A stretch of 35,358 nucleotides of DNA. Source: a virus (lineage: Duplodnaviria; Heunggongvirae; Uroviricota; Caudoviricetes). The notes below the pieces were generated by a model. That model searched no databases. It saw only the letters and a program-made list of their open reading frames with translations, and had not been told where the DNA came from. The DNA lies in IMG/VR virus record IMGVR_UViG_3300029957_000005, positions 128,001-163,358 of that record; one strand, 5' to 3'. Position 1 is the first letter of the stretch. Every line of letters begins with the position of its first letter. Both the position numbers and the translations under genes were made by a program. Positions 1 through 5,725 of the stretch are shown here, in pieces.

Positions 1-17
1 CGATCCTTTGTTAGTAC

Positions 18-115
18 TTGAGTGGGAACCATCCCCGATCGGCACAATGTGGATCGATCTTTCAGATTTTACCCAGGGAACCTAAGCTCCACAGTTGACG
101 CTACGAACCACTCAA
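18..115 (-). ncRNA. Structured ncRNA candidate
   Basis: Closing stem TTGAGTGG/CCACTCAA; inner TGTGGA/TCCACA enclosing two small hairpins; immediately 3' of tRNA-Gln. Confidence 0.5.
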
Positions 116-118
116 ATT

Positions 119-194
119 TGGATCTCCGAGTAGGTCTCGAACCTACGTTGACCTGGTTCAATGCCAGGGGTCCTGCCAATTAGACGATCGGAGA
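119..194 (-). tRNA. tRNA-Gln(UUG), A33 instead of U33
   Basis: Cloverleaf TCTCCGA/TCGGAGA, loop CATTGAA, T-loop TTCGAGA, encoded CCA. Confidence 0.9.
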
Positions 195-398
195 ATGTTT
201 CTTGTCTTCGAGAAGCTTCTGGATCTTATCCCAGACTGCGGCTGGAGCTTTCCAGACCTGCCCATTCGGGAGTCCGGTCTTCGGATCCACCAAAGCCACG
301 AAGTGATACTTCGGAAAGTAGGTTTCCATCAGAACCGTCTCGGCTGAGAAGGTGTCTTCGAATTTCTGCTTTGGCTGGCCTAGATCTGAGTTGATCAT
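180..398 (-). CDS. Hypothetical protein, 72 aa
   Basis: AAGGAAG RBS; fills gap between tRNAs; stop overlaps tRNA 5' end. Confidence 0.7.
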   Translation of the reverse strand: MINSDLGQPKQKFEDTFSAETVLMETYFPKYHFVALVDPKTGLPNGQVWKAPAAVWDKIQKLLEDKKHSPIV

Positions 399-414
399 TT
401 GCTTCCTTTGAAAT

Positions 415-501
415 TGGAGTACCGGGCGAGATTCGAACTCGCGGTGTCCTTTCGGAATCGGATTAAAAGTCCGACGTCGTCGACCGCTTGACTACCGGTA
501 C
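415..501 (-). tRNA. tRNA-Lys(UUU) with long variable arm, U73
   Basis: GTACCGG/CCGGTAC, loop CTTTTAA, variable arm TTCCGAAAGGACACC, CCA. Confidence 0.9.
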
Positions 502-504
502 ATG

Positions 505-873
505 TTACTTGGAGTGAGCCCTGCAGAAGGCGAGTGACTCACTCAAATTCGTGGAGATGATGTCCGTCTCCGTGAAGATCTTGTGCCTCAGTTCCCGGAC
601 TCCTTCCGGTTCATCGAAGGCAGTTCTGAAGTCGACCTGAGCCAGCTTTCCCAGTCTCGAGAGTCTTCCTTCGAGCTGAGCGATCTCAGCCCTGAGTTGG
701 AGCTCGATTGGATAGGAATGCAACTCGTCGAACTGAGACTGAACACCGAGAAGATTTTCGCGAAGGACTTGAGGGTCCACGCCTGGAACGTAGTCAACAT
801 GGACCTTCGTAGCTCCAATCAGCTTTCTGTATTCCTCGACTACGGCTTCGCAGTCCAATTCATTCTGAGTCAT
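505..873 (-). CDS. Hypothetical protein (start MTQNELD, 122 aa)
   Basis: ATG at 873 with GGAAGAAG upstream; the longer ORF start runs into a tRNA-like gene. Confidence 0.75.
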   Translation of the reverse strand: MTQNELDCEAVVEEYRKLIGATKVHVDYVPGVDPQVLRENLLGVQSQFDELHSYPIELQLRAEIAQLEGRLSRLGKLAQVDFRTAFDEPEGVRELRHKIFTETDIISTNLSESLAFCRAHSK

Positions 874-888
874 TTCACTTCTTCCATA

Positions 889-978
889 TGGCGCGCTCGG
901 AGGGAGTCGAACCCCCATTGATGCAATCTCCTCCGATTACGGTTACTGCGGGGTAGAAACCCGGACCGGTACGAGCGC
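889..978 (-). tRNA. Non-canonical D-armless tRNA-Arg(UCU)-like RNA
   Basis: Acceptor GCGCTCG/CGAGCGC, T-arm with TTCGACT, CCA, anticodon hairpin CGGG-TTTCTAC-CCCG, no D-arm, long 3' insert. Confidence 0.7.
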
Positions 979-985
979 TTGTCGA

Positions 986-1126
986 TTAGGACGCAGAACG
1001 AGCAATTGCCGAAATGTCAGCTCTTGCAATTCCGATGTCCGATAGTTCTCTGTTGGATAGGCTTGCAAGTTCGCTGACGGTGTGTCTGTAAACTTTCCAG
1101 GCCCTATACTTACGCATCAAATTCAT
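986..1126 (-). CDS. DUF1127 (YjiS-like) small Arg-rich protein, 46 aa
   Basis: Hand translation MNLMRKYRAWKVYRHTVSELASLSNRELSDIGIARADISAIARSAS fits the DUF1127 pattern W..YR.T..EL..LS.REL.DIGI.R.DI; AAGGAAG RBS; absent from ORF track. Confidence 0.9.
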   Translation of the reverse strand: MNLMRKYRAWKVYRHTVSELASLSNRELSDIGIARADISAIARSAS

Positions 1127-1191
1127 GTTTCTTCCTTTCGATTTGGTACTGTCTTATACTATACCAAAGAGGTAGAAATTAGAATTGATGA

Positions 1192-1396
1192 TTTGGAATA
1201 CCTAGTATTCCGAAATTCGATCGACTCCGTTTGCCGTTCCTTTCTTAGGGCCCGACTGCCTGTTTTCTAGAATGAACCAGATGACCACGGAGTCCGAGTA
1301 CGGTCACAATGCGTTGCGTGGCGCATTGTTTTCTGGTAGGTCACACCTTAAAGCCACCTAGCTGATGCATCTCCCGAGCTAGGTAGGACAGGTGGA
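1192..1396 (-). ncRNA. Multi-stem structured ncRNA candidate with possible pseudoknot
   Basis: ACCTAGCT/AGCTAGGT, ACCAGA/TCTGGT, ACAATGCG/CGCATTGT, GACTCCGT/ACGGAGTC, terminal GGAATA/TATTCC hairpin. Confidence 0.6.
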
Positions 1397-1398
1397 TA

Positions 1399-1484
1399 TG
1401 GAGGCGTGGGTGAGAATTGAACTCACTCTCATTGCTGAGACCTTGGCTTTGCAGGCCAGTTCGTTGCCGGTCCGACACCACGCC
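1399..1484 (-). tRNA. tRNA-Cys(GCA) with long variable arm
   Basis: GGCGTGG/CCACGCC, U73, loop CTGCAAA, variable hairpin TCTCA-GCAA-TGAGA. Confidence 0.9.
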
Positions 1485-1491
1485 TATAATT

Positions 1492-1581
1492 TGGAGTACC
1501 TGGAAGGATTCGAACCTTCGACGTCCTTACGGATCCGGATTAAGAGTCCGGCGCCTTCGACCAACTCGGCTACACAGGTAC
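1492..1581 (-). tRNA. tRNA-Lys(CUU) with long variable arm, U73
   Basis: GTACCTG/CAGGTAC, loop CTCTTAA, variable arm ATCCGTAAGGACGTC, 2 extra nt after acceptor 5' strand. Confidence 0.9.
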
Positions 1582-1600
1582 ATTTAGAGATTGATTGTCC

Positions 1601-1762
1601 TCAGAGCGTTTCGAGCTTCTTGTTCGGAAGGATCTTGCACCAGTTGAGGAGCGCACCACCTTCGACGAGAGCGCGAGACATCAGCATCTTTCCACGATAG
1701 ACTCCACCAACTTGAAGATGGGAGAAATTCCTGGAACGAACTTCTGAGGTAATCTTCAGCAT
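1601..1762 (-). CDS. Hypothetical early protein, 53 aa (MLKITSEVRSRN...)
   Basis: GGAGA RBS just downstream of an early promoter; hand translated; absent from ORF track. Confidence 0.65.
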   Translation of the reverse strand: MLKITSEVRSRNFSHLQVGGVYRGKMLMSRALVEGGALLNWCKILPNKKLETL

Positions 1763-1785
1763 ATCTATCTCCATTTGTTAGAAGC

Positions 1786-1813
1786 ATACTAACACATCAG
1801 GAGGAGATGTAAA
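1786..1813 (-). promoter_or_regulatory. T4-type early promoter
   Basis: TTTACA-N16-TAGTAT with TGTG upstream of -10; motif recurs five times in the window. Confidence 0.75.
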
Positions 1814-1822
1814 CTGAAAAAT

Positions 1823-1898
1823 TGGATCATCCACTAGGATTCGAACCTAGATTCTCCGACTTCAGAGGACGGCGTTCTACCAGTTAAACTACGGATGA
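1823..1898 (-). tRNA. tRNA-Gln(CUG)
   Basis: Cloverleaf, loop CTCTGAA, TTCGAAT, CCA. Confidence 0.93.
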
Positions 1899-1906
1899 AT
1901 ATGACC

Positions 1907-2401
1907 TTACTTCAGGTCTTTCGCCTTGACCCACTTGTCGTCGATGAAGACTTCAGAGAGGGACTCAGCTTGGTTTTCTGCCACGATCACGGACTCGTGG
2001 GGTCTTGGATTGGCCGAAACGTTCTTCGAAACGACCTTGACTTGAGACACAGTGCGAGAGATCCTGATGAAGGACCTATCGTCTGGATGGATCTTCCGAA
2101 ATTCAGCCAGCTGTCTGTTGTACTCTTCGTAGTACTTCTCGCGGTTCTCACCGTATGGACGGAAGGAGATGTCTGCTTCGAATTCGATGTAGTCCGGATT
2201 CTTATAGGAGACTTCGGCAAATCGATCCATCTGGACGACCTCGAGAACCTCTCTCCAGTAGGCCGATCCCTTGTTGGATCTCGAACCGGCAAAGCGGACT
2301 CGCATTCCTGGACGAAGGTTTTGAAGAACCCAGGTGGTTATCCGATCTTCACGATCTATGGTTCTCTGGGCCTGAGCCTGTGTTTCGTTATACCATGCCA
2401 T
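1907..2401 (-). CDS. Hypothetical protein, 164 aa
   Basis: TAAGGA RBS; fills inter-tRNA gap; phage-like codon use. Confidence 0.8.
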   Translation of the reverse strand: MAWYNETQAQAQRTIDREDRITTWVLQNLRPGMRVRFAGSRSNKGSAYWREVLEVVQMDRFAEVSYKNPDYIEFEADISFRPYGENREKYYEEYNRQLAEFRKIHPDDRSFIRISRTVSQVKVVSKNVSANPRPHESVIVAENQAESLSEVFIDDKWVKAKDLK

Positions 2402-2422
2402 TCTATGTTCCTTATTTCAAAT

Positions 2423-2494
2423 TGGTCCCTCTGCCGGGTAACGCTCCTGGAGAATCAGCCTTATGAGAGCCGTTCGACCACTTGATCCAGAGGG
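2423..2494 (-). tRNA. tRNA(CAU), Met or Ile2, atypical T-loop
   Basis: CCCTCTG/CAGAGGG, loop CTCATAA, T-loop AGCGTTA, CCA. Confidence 0.8.
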
Positions 2495-2500
2495 ATGTTT

Positions 2501-2574
2501 TGGTGCGGGTACAGAGACTCGAACTCTGGACTCCTGGTTGGAAGCCAGGCACGTTTCCTCTACGCCATACACGC
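2501..2574 (-). tRNA. tRNA-Gly(UCC), A73
   Basis: Loop CTTCCAA, T-loop TTCGAGT, CCA. Confidence 0.9.
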
Positions 2575-2581
2575 GTTGTTT

Positions 2582-2657
2582 TGGTGCGACTTCTTGGTTT
2601 CGATCCAAGCTCCCTGGTTTTTCAAACCAGCGCTTTCACCAGATTAGCTTAAGCCGC
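2582..2657 (-). tRNA. tRNA-Phe(GAA)
   Basis: Loop TTGAAAA, T-loop ATCGAAA, CCA. Confidence 0.9.
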
Positions 2658-2665
2658 ATGTTAGT

Positions 2666-2772
2666 ATTCGACCTCTTAGTCCTGCACGTCTCGGGAGAGA
2701 ATTTATCGGTTTTACCAGCAGTCCATGTTAAGTTAGTCCACGTTGTCCCGTTGCTCGTGGATTAGGTCGAAT
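2666..2772 (-). ncRNA. Structured ncRNA candidate
   Basis: 9-bp closing stem ATTCGACCT/AGGTCGAAT, hairpin TCCACG/CGTGGA, possible CGGGA/TCCCG long-range pairing. Confidence 0.55.
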
Positions 2773-2774
2773 TA

Positions 2775-2868
2775 TGGCGGAAGACGGAGAGCCCGAGTCC
2801 CATACGTGGTCTTAGCACGTACGCATCGCTTTCCAAGCGAGCCCAGCACCCTGTCTGGTTCATCTTCC
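2775..2868 (-). tRNA. tRNA-Ser(GGA), 8/4 fold
   Basis: 8-bp acceptor GGAAGATG/CGTCTTCC, 4-bp T-stem, long variable arm, G73. Confidence 0.85.
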
Positions 2869-2873
2869 ATATT

Positions 2874-2973
2874 TGGCGGACACTGTGAGGTTCTCACTCA
2901 CCATAGAGGTCGACAGCTTCTATCCATTAAGTTTCATCACGACCCGGACTGGGCAGGATGAAACTCCGTGTCC
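2874..2973 (-). ncRNA. Ser-like tRNA mimic with no canonical D or anticodon arm
   Basis: GGACAC/GTGTCC + GCCA, T-like arm TGAG-TGAGAAC-CTCA, long hairpin AGTTTCATC/GATGAAACT, variable-arm-like ATAGA/TCTAT. Confidence 0.7.
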
Positions 2974-2981
2974 ATATTCAA

Positions 2982-3070
2982 TGGCGGAAGGCAGAGGTCT
3001 CGATCCCCACACCCGTGAGGGTGCTCACTGCTTTCGAAGCAGGTCCAGAACCCCGTCTGGTTTACCTTCC
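2982..3070 (-). tRNA. tRNA-Ser(CGA), 8/4 fold
   Basis: GGAAGGTA/TGCCTTCC, loop TTCGAAA, long variable arm, G73. Confidence 0.87.
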
Positions 3071-3073
3071 AAT

Positions 3074-3166
3074 TGGCGGAAGACTGAGGTCACGCTCCCC
3101 ACACGTGGTACTAGCACGTGCCCACTGCTTTCAAGGCAGGTCCGATCCTCGACCGGTTAGTCTTCC
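3074..3166 (-). tRNA. tRNA-Ser(UGA), 8/4 fold
   Basis: GGAAGACT/AGTCTTCC, loop CTTGAAA, T-loop AGCGTGA, G73. Confidence 0.87.
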
Positions 3167-3172
3167 ATGTTT

Positions 3173-3249
3173 TGGTCCCGCCATCGGGATTTGAACCCGA
3201 GTCGCCTACCTTGAGAGGGTAGCATTCTTGACCACTAAACTACAGCGGG
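3173..3249 (-). tRNA. tRNA-Glu(CUC)
   Basis: Canonical cloverleaf, loop CTCTCAA. Confidence 0.93.
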
Positions 3250-3255
3250 TAATCT

Positions 3256-3332
3256 TGGTCCTCTTGAAAGGATTCGAACCTTCAACCTTGGCGTTAGGAG
3301 TGCCGAGCTCTGTCCGGTTGAGCTACAAGAGG
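3256..3332 (-). tRNA. tRNA-Arg(CCU)
   Basis: Canonical cloverleaf, loop CTCCTAA. Confidence 0.93.
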
Positions 3333-3337
3333 ATAAT

Positions 3338-3414
3338 TGGTCCGGCTGATGGGATTCGAACCCACATTGGACTCCTTGAAAGGGAGGCTTCCTAGGCCAT
3401 TAGAAGACAGCCGG
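3338..3414 (-). tRNA. tRNA-Glu(UUC)
   Basis: Canonical cloverleaf, loop CTTTCAA. Confidence 0.93.
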
Positions 3415-3422
3415 TTAATAAA

Positions 3423-3496
3423 GAGAGGCTCAGGAGTGTATGCCTGACTTACGCTGTCACCTCCGCTTGGTGACAGACCTAGGCTCCGAGGAGCAA
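3423..3496 (-). ncRNA. Small structured RNA candidate
   Basis: Hairpins CTGTCACC/GGTGACAG, TCAGG/CCTGA and GCTCC/GGAGC fill the spacer. Confidence 0.45.
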
Positions 3497-3498
3497 AT

Positions 3499-3573
3499 TG
3501 GCTGCAGAGGCTGGGTGTGAGCCAGCACCTCCGTCCCACAACGGGACGGCGCTCTCCATTAAGCTACTCCACA
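3499..3573 (-). tRNA. tRNA-like RNA, undetermined anticodon (7-bp stem, 5-nt loop GTTGT)
   Basis: Acceptor, D-arm and CCA present; anticodon arm CCGTCCC-GTTGT-GGGACGG; T-loop CTCACAC. Confidence 0.7.
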
Positions 3574-3574
3574 A

Positions 3575-3650
3575 TGGCGAGGATGACGGTATTCGAAACC
3601 GCAACTATTCCGCAGACAACGGAGCACCCTTCCCAGAGGGTCCCATCCCC
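3575..3650 (-). tRNA. tRNA-Asp(GUC), U37
   Basis: GGGGATG/CATCCTC, G73, loop TTGTCTG. Confidence 0.85.
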
Positions 3651-3652
3651 AT

Positions 3653-3803
3653 TAAGCTCTGTTCAAACCTCTCTCTTCGAGATACCGGATGGAGGGTGAG
3701 GACCTACATCTTTCCCCTCCCTCACGAAGAGCGGCAGCCATATTGGACCGCAGCCACATTGGACCGTAGCCGTCTTGAAGAGAAGAAGTTAGAACAGAGC
3801 TTA
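3653..3803 (-). ncRNA. Promoter-proximal long-stem ncRNA with internal 16-nt repeats
   Basis: Ends pair over about 30 bp (TAAGCTCTGTTC/GAACAGAGCTTA and beyond); begins 7 nt after an early -10 box. Confidence 0.7.
3734..3771. repeat. 16-bp tandem repeat x2.4 (GCAGCCAYATTGGACC)
   Basis: gcagccatattggacc gcagccacattggacc gtagcc. Confidence 0.85.
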
Positions 3804-3810
3804 CTGTGTT

Positions 3811-3839
3811 AGTCTATCATGCTTGTGAAGGCATGTAAA
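3811..3839 (-). promoter_or_regulatory. T4-type early promoter
   Basis: TTTACA-N17-TAGACT with TGn extension. Confidence 0.75.
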
Positions 3840-3842
3840 CTG

Positions 3843-3873
3843 AAAAAGTGGAGAAATGACCATGTTTCTCCGC
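3843..3873 (-). terminator. Intrinsic terminator
   Basis: GCGGAGAAA/TTTCTCCAC stem followed by TTTTT. Confidence 0.75.
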
Positions 3874-3889
3874 GAAGCAATTAAGAGCT

Positions 3890-3966
3890 TAACCTTTTGC
3901 AGACCGACAGACTTTCGTCTGACCTTATGTTTATCCACCGTGGGTCTATAGCGCAATCACGGTGCG
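3890..3966 (-). ncRNA. Pseudoknot-type RNA candidate
   Basis: CACCGTG/CACGGTG stem whose loop AGACC can pair with downstream GGTCT; inserted CAGAC-GAAA-GTCTG hairpin. Confidence 0.45.
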
Positions 3967-3974
3967 TTGGAATA

Positions 3975-4066
3975 TGGTGGGCCCCGGGACGTATCGCACG
4001 CCTTGCCGCATAGGGACCTGGTTTACAGCCAGGCAACCGGACTTCCGATTCTTACTTGCGGGGCCC
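3975..4066 (-). tRNA. tRNA-Tyr(GUA), atypical (8-bp acceptor, enlarged D region)
   Basis: GGGCCCCG/CGGGGCCC, loop CTGTAAA, T-loop TGCGATA, A73. Confidence 0.8.
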
Positions 4067-4072
4067 ATATGA

Positions 4073-4180
4073 AGGATTTTGCATTCTGCACGAATGAGAG
4101 TCGAACTCAATCGTTCCGGGACTTACACCCGTCTGCATCCTACTGGGAGAACCCATCTCCCTGCCCTTGTCGGGCATCTC
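4073..4180 (-). ncRNA. Structured RNA with two T-loop-like hairpins
   Basis: CGGG-TGTAAGT-CCCG and TGAG-TTCGACT-CTCA inside AGGAT/ATCCT, plus TGCCC/GGGCA and GGGAGA/TCTCCC; no CCA. Confidence 0.6.
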
Positions 4181-4185
4181 TGATT

Positions 4186-4261
4186 TGGCACGGGAAGCCA
4201 GATTCGAACTGACTCTAAACGTTTTGGAGACGTTTGTGCTAGGCCATTACACCATACCCGT
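4186..4261 (-). tRNA. tRNA-Trp(CCA)
   Basis: Canonical, loop CTCCAAA, G73. Confidence 0.93.
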
Positions 4262-4265
4262 ATGT

Positions 4266-4502
4266 TCACTTCACGAAGTGAGGCTGACCTTCCTTGGCCT
4301 TCCACTTCAATCCCTTCCAACCAGACGGGATGTAGTGAGAGATGCCAAAGGCATCGAAGAGACGATGACCACCTGACTTGGAGACGTTGAGCCAGAGAGG
4401 CTCCTCGATCCTGATAGTTTCGCCTACGAACTTGTATTCGCGCCATTCCTCCGAAGAGATATCCACGAATTCCAATCCCGACTTATTGTTGAAGTCTGAC
4501 AT
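4266..4502 (-). CDS. Hypothetical protein (start MSDFNNK, 78 aa)
   Basis: AAAGGA RBS before ATG at 4502; fills inter-tRNA gap. Confidence 0.8.
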   Translation of the reverse strand: MSDFNNKSGLEFVDISSEEWREYKFVGETIRIEEPLWLNVSKSGGHRLFDAFGISHYIPSGWKGLKWKAKEGQPHFVK

Positions 4503-4528
4503 GATTGAATTTCCTTTCTCTGTCAAAT

Positions 4529-4604
4529 TGGTACCAGTACTAGGTTACGCTCCTAGCTATACACGGTTATCGGCCGCGCCTCGTCACTAGCTGAGTCTAC
4601 TGGC
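4529..4604 (-). tRNA. tRNA-Ile(GAU), A18/G55 type, C33
   Basis: Loop CCGATAA, D-loop AG, T-loop AGCGTAA. Confidence 0.87.
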
Positions 4605-4610
4605 ATATTA

Positions 4611-4686
4611 TGGTGCTCTATCCAGGTATCGCGCCTGGTGCCTCCTGGATGTCGACCAGGCGTCTTTACTAACTGACCCATAGAGC
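4611..4686 (-). tRNA. tRNA-Val(GAC), A18/G55 type, C33
   Basis: Loop TCGACAT, T-loop CGCGATA. Confidence 0.87.
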
Positions 4687-4692
4687 ATTAAT

Positions 4693-4767
4693 TGGAACTA
4701 GAGGAGAGGCTCGAACTCTCAATTCCGGGGACACAACCCAGCCGGTTACCATTACCGTCACTCTAGC
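4693..4767 (-). tRNA. tRNA-His(GUG), no G-1, G1-U72, U37
   Basis: GCTAGAG/CTCTAGT, loop TTGTGTC, position -1 is T. Confidence 0.85.
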
Positions 4768-4777
4768 ATGTTCGTTT

Positions 4778-4869
4778 TGGTACGCGATCTGGGTTTCGAT
4801 CCCAGTCAAGAACGGTCATCTACCGCTAAAGGCTTTATAAGGGCCTCTCATGTCCCAACATCATCGCGT
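4778..4869 (-). tRNA. tRNA-Ile(UAU) with long variable arm
   Basis: ACGCGAT/ATCGCGT, loop CTTATAA, variable hairpin AGCGGT-AGATG-ACCGTT. Confidence 0.8.
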
Positions 4870-4877
4870 ATTCTAAT

Positions 4878-4954
4878 TGGTAGGCCTAGAGGGAGTTGAA
4901 CCCACAACCACTACGTTCTAAGCGTAGCCGCTTTGCCAATTTGCGTATAAGCCC
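4878..4954 (-). tRNA. tRNA-Leu(UAG), short variable loop
   Basis: Loop CTTAGAA, 5-nt variable loop, A73. Confidence 0.9.
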
Positions 4955-4960
4955 ATATTT

Positions 4961-5037
4961 TGGTGCTCTGAGAGGGAGTCGAACCCTCACTGTACGGCAT
5001 CTCAGTCCGCTTCCTCTACCAATTGGGATATCAGAGC
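4961..5037 (-). tRNA. tRNA-Leu(GAG), short variable loop
   Basis: Loop CTGAGAT, 5-nt variable loop, A73. Confidence 0.88.
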
Positions 5038-5045
5038 AATTCGTT

Positions 5046-5121
5046 TGGAGCCCACATCGGGTAACGCTCCCGCTTCACCGGTTTACAGGACCGGACCTCA
5101 TCTAATAAAGGCGTTGTGGGC
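5046..5121 (-). tRNA. tRNA-Thr(UGU), A18/G55 type, C33
   Basis: Loop CCTGTAA, T-loop AGCGTTA. Confidence 0.83.
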
Positions 5122-5128
5122 AGATAGG

Positions 5129-5182
5129 AAGGAGAGGCTCCGTCTTGATCACCGATCAGACCACCGAGTAGTTCCTCTCCTT
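5129..5182 (-). ncRNA. Irregular hairpin RNA candidate
   Basis: AAGGAGAGG/CCTCTCCTT closing stem with inner GTCT-GATC/GATC-AGAC. Confidence 0.4.
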
Positions 5183-5185
5183 GAT

Positions 5186-5260
5186 TGGAGCTTCCTGTCA
5201 GTAACGCTCTGACTTCTCACCCTTACGAAAGGCGCACATCGCTTTTAATGCTTAGGAAGC
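5186..5260 (-). tRNA. tRNA-Thr(CGU), A18/G55 type
   Basis: Loop TTCGTAA, T-loop AGCGTTA. Confidence 0.85.
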
Positions 5261-5267
5261 ATGAATT

Positions 5268-5330
5268 GATCGAGGCCTTGCACCTCGCCAGCCGTAGCAT
5301 TGTTAGAGACCTATGACGCGGCTCAGGTCT
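5268..5330 (-). ncRNA. H-type pseudoknot followed by a T-loop hairpin
   Basis: AGACCTG/TAGGTCT, loop AGCCG pairs with downstream CGGCT, then CGAGG-TGCAAGG-CCTCG. Confidence 0.55.
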
Positions 5331-5332
5331 TT

Positions 5333-5408
5333 TGGTTGCGGGGGCTGGGTTTGAACCAGCGTCTCCGGCTTATGAGGCCAGCAAGGAACCGGGCTCCTCT
5401 ACCCCGCA
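5333..5408 (-). tRNA. tRNA-Met(CAU), initiator-like
   Basis: TGCGGGG/CCCCGCA, A11-U24, loop CTCATAA; lacks the full three G-C anticodon-stem pairs. Confidence 0.88.
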
Positions 5409-5421
5409 ATATTCCGGTTGT

Positions 5422-5477
5422 TGGTATCAGGGCGAATCACCTCATGAAAGCGATTCCGTCGGCCGACTGACCCTGAG
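5422..5477 (-). ncRNA. 56-nt CCA-ended, T-armless mini-tRNA-like RNA with CAU loop
   Basis: TCAGGG/CCCTGA + TACCA; GAATCGCT-TTCATGA-GGTGATTC hairpin. Confidence 0.55.
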
Positions 5478-5479
5478 AA

Positions 5480-5554
5480 TGGTGGCCCCTCTCCCTTGCA
5501 AGGAAAGATCCTCTCCCTCAACGGGAGCGCTTTGTGCCTTTAAGCTAAAGGGCC
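5480..5554 (-). tRNA. tRNA-like RNA, undetermined anticodon (5-nt loop GTTGA)
   Basis: GGCCCTT/AGGGGCC + ACCA, D-arm, CTCCC-GTTGA-GGGAG, T-loop CTTGCAA. Confidence 0.7.
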
Positions 5555-5559
5555 AAACT

Positions 5560-5633
5560 TGGTGCTCTCAATAGGTTACGCTCCTATCTCTGCTCCTTAC
5601 CAAAGAGCTATTCTACTAATGAAATATGAGAGC
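5560..5633 (-). tRNA. tRNA-Thr(GGU), A18/G55 type
   Basis: Loop TTGGTAA, T-loop AGCGTAA. Confidence 0.87.
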
Positions 5634-5638
5634 AAATA

Positions 5639-5713
5639 TGGTACTTCCTGAGAATTCCGAGATCTCGACCTTCGGTATGTAACACCGCTGCTCTGCCTCT
5701 GAGCTAAGGAAGT
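5639..5713 (-). tRNA. tRNA-Val(UAC)
   Basis: Loop GTTACAT, atypical T-loop CTCGGAA, A73. Confidence 0.85.
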
Positions 5714-5725
5714 ATGAATTCTTCT

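Noticed and set aside
889-978. Amber suppressor reading (CTA within loop TTTCTAC)
   Set aside because: The centred triplet is TCT, and the paralogous fold at 6758 also carries an Arg anticodon
1584-1787. 67-aa minus-strand ORF
   Set aside because: It starts inside the -10 box; the alternative frame 1601-1762 has a proper RBS
3734-3771. Mini-CRISPR array
   Set aside because: Repeats are contiguous with no spacers and only 16 bp; no cas genes in the window
5268-5330. tRNA-associated HDV-like (theta) ribozyme
   Set aside because: Too few nucleotides for P3/L3 between the P2 and P1 strands
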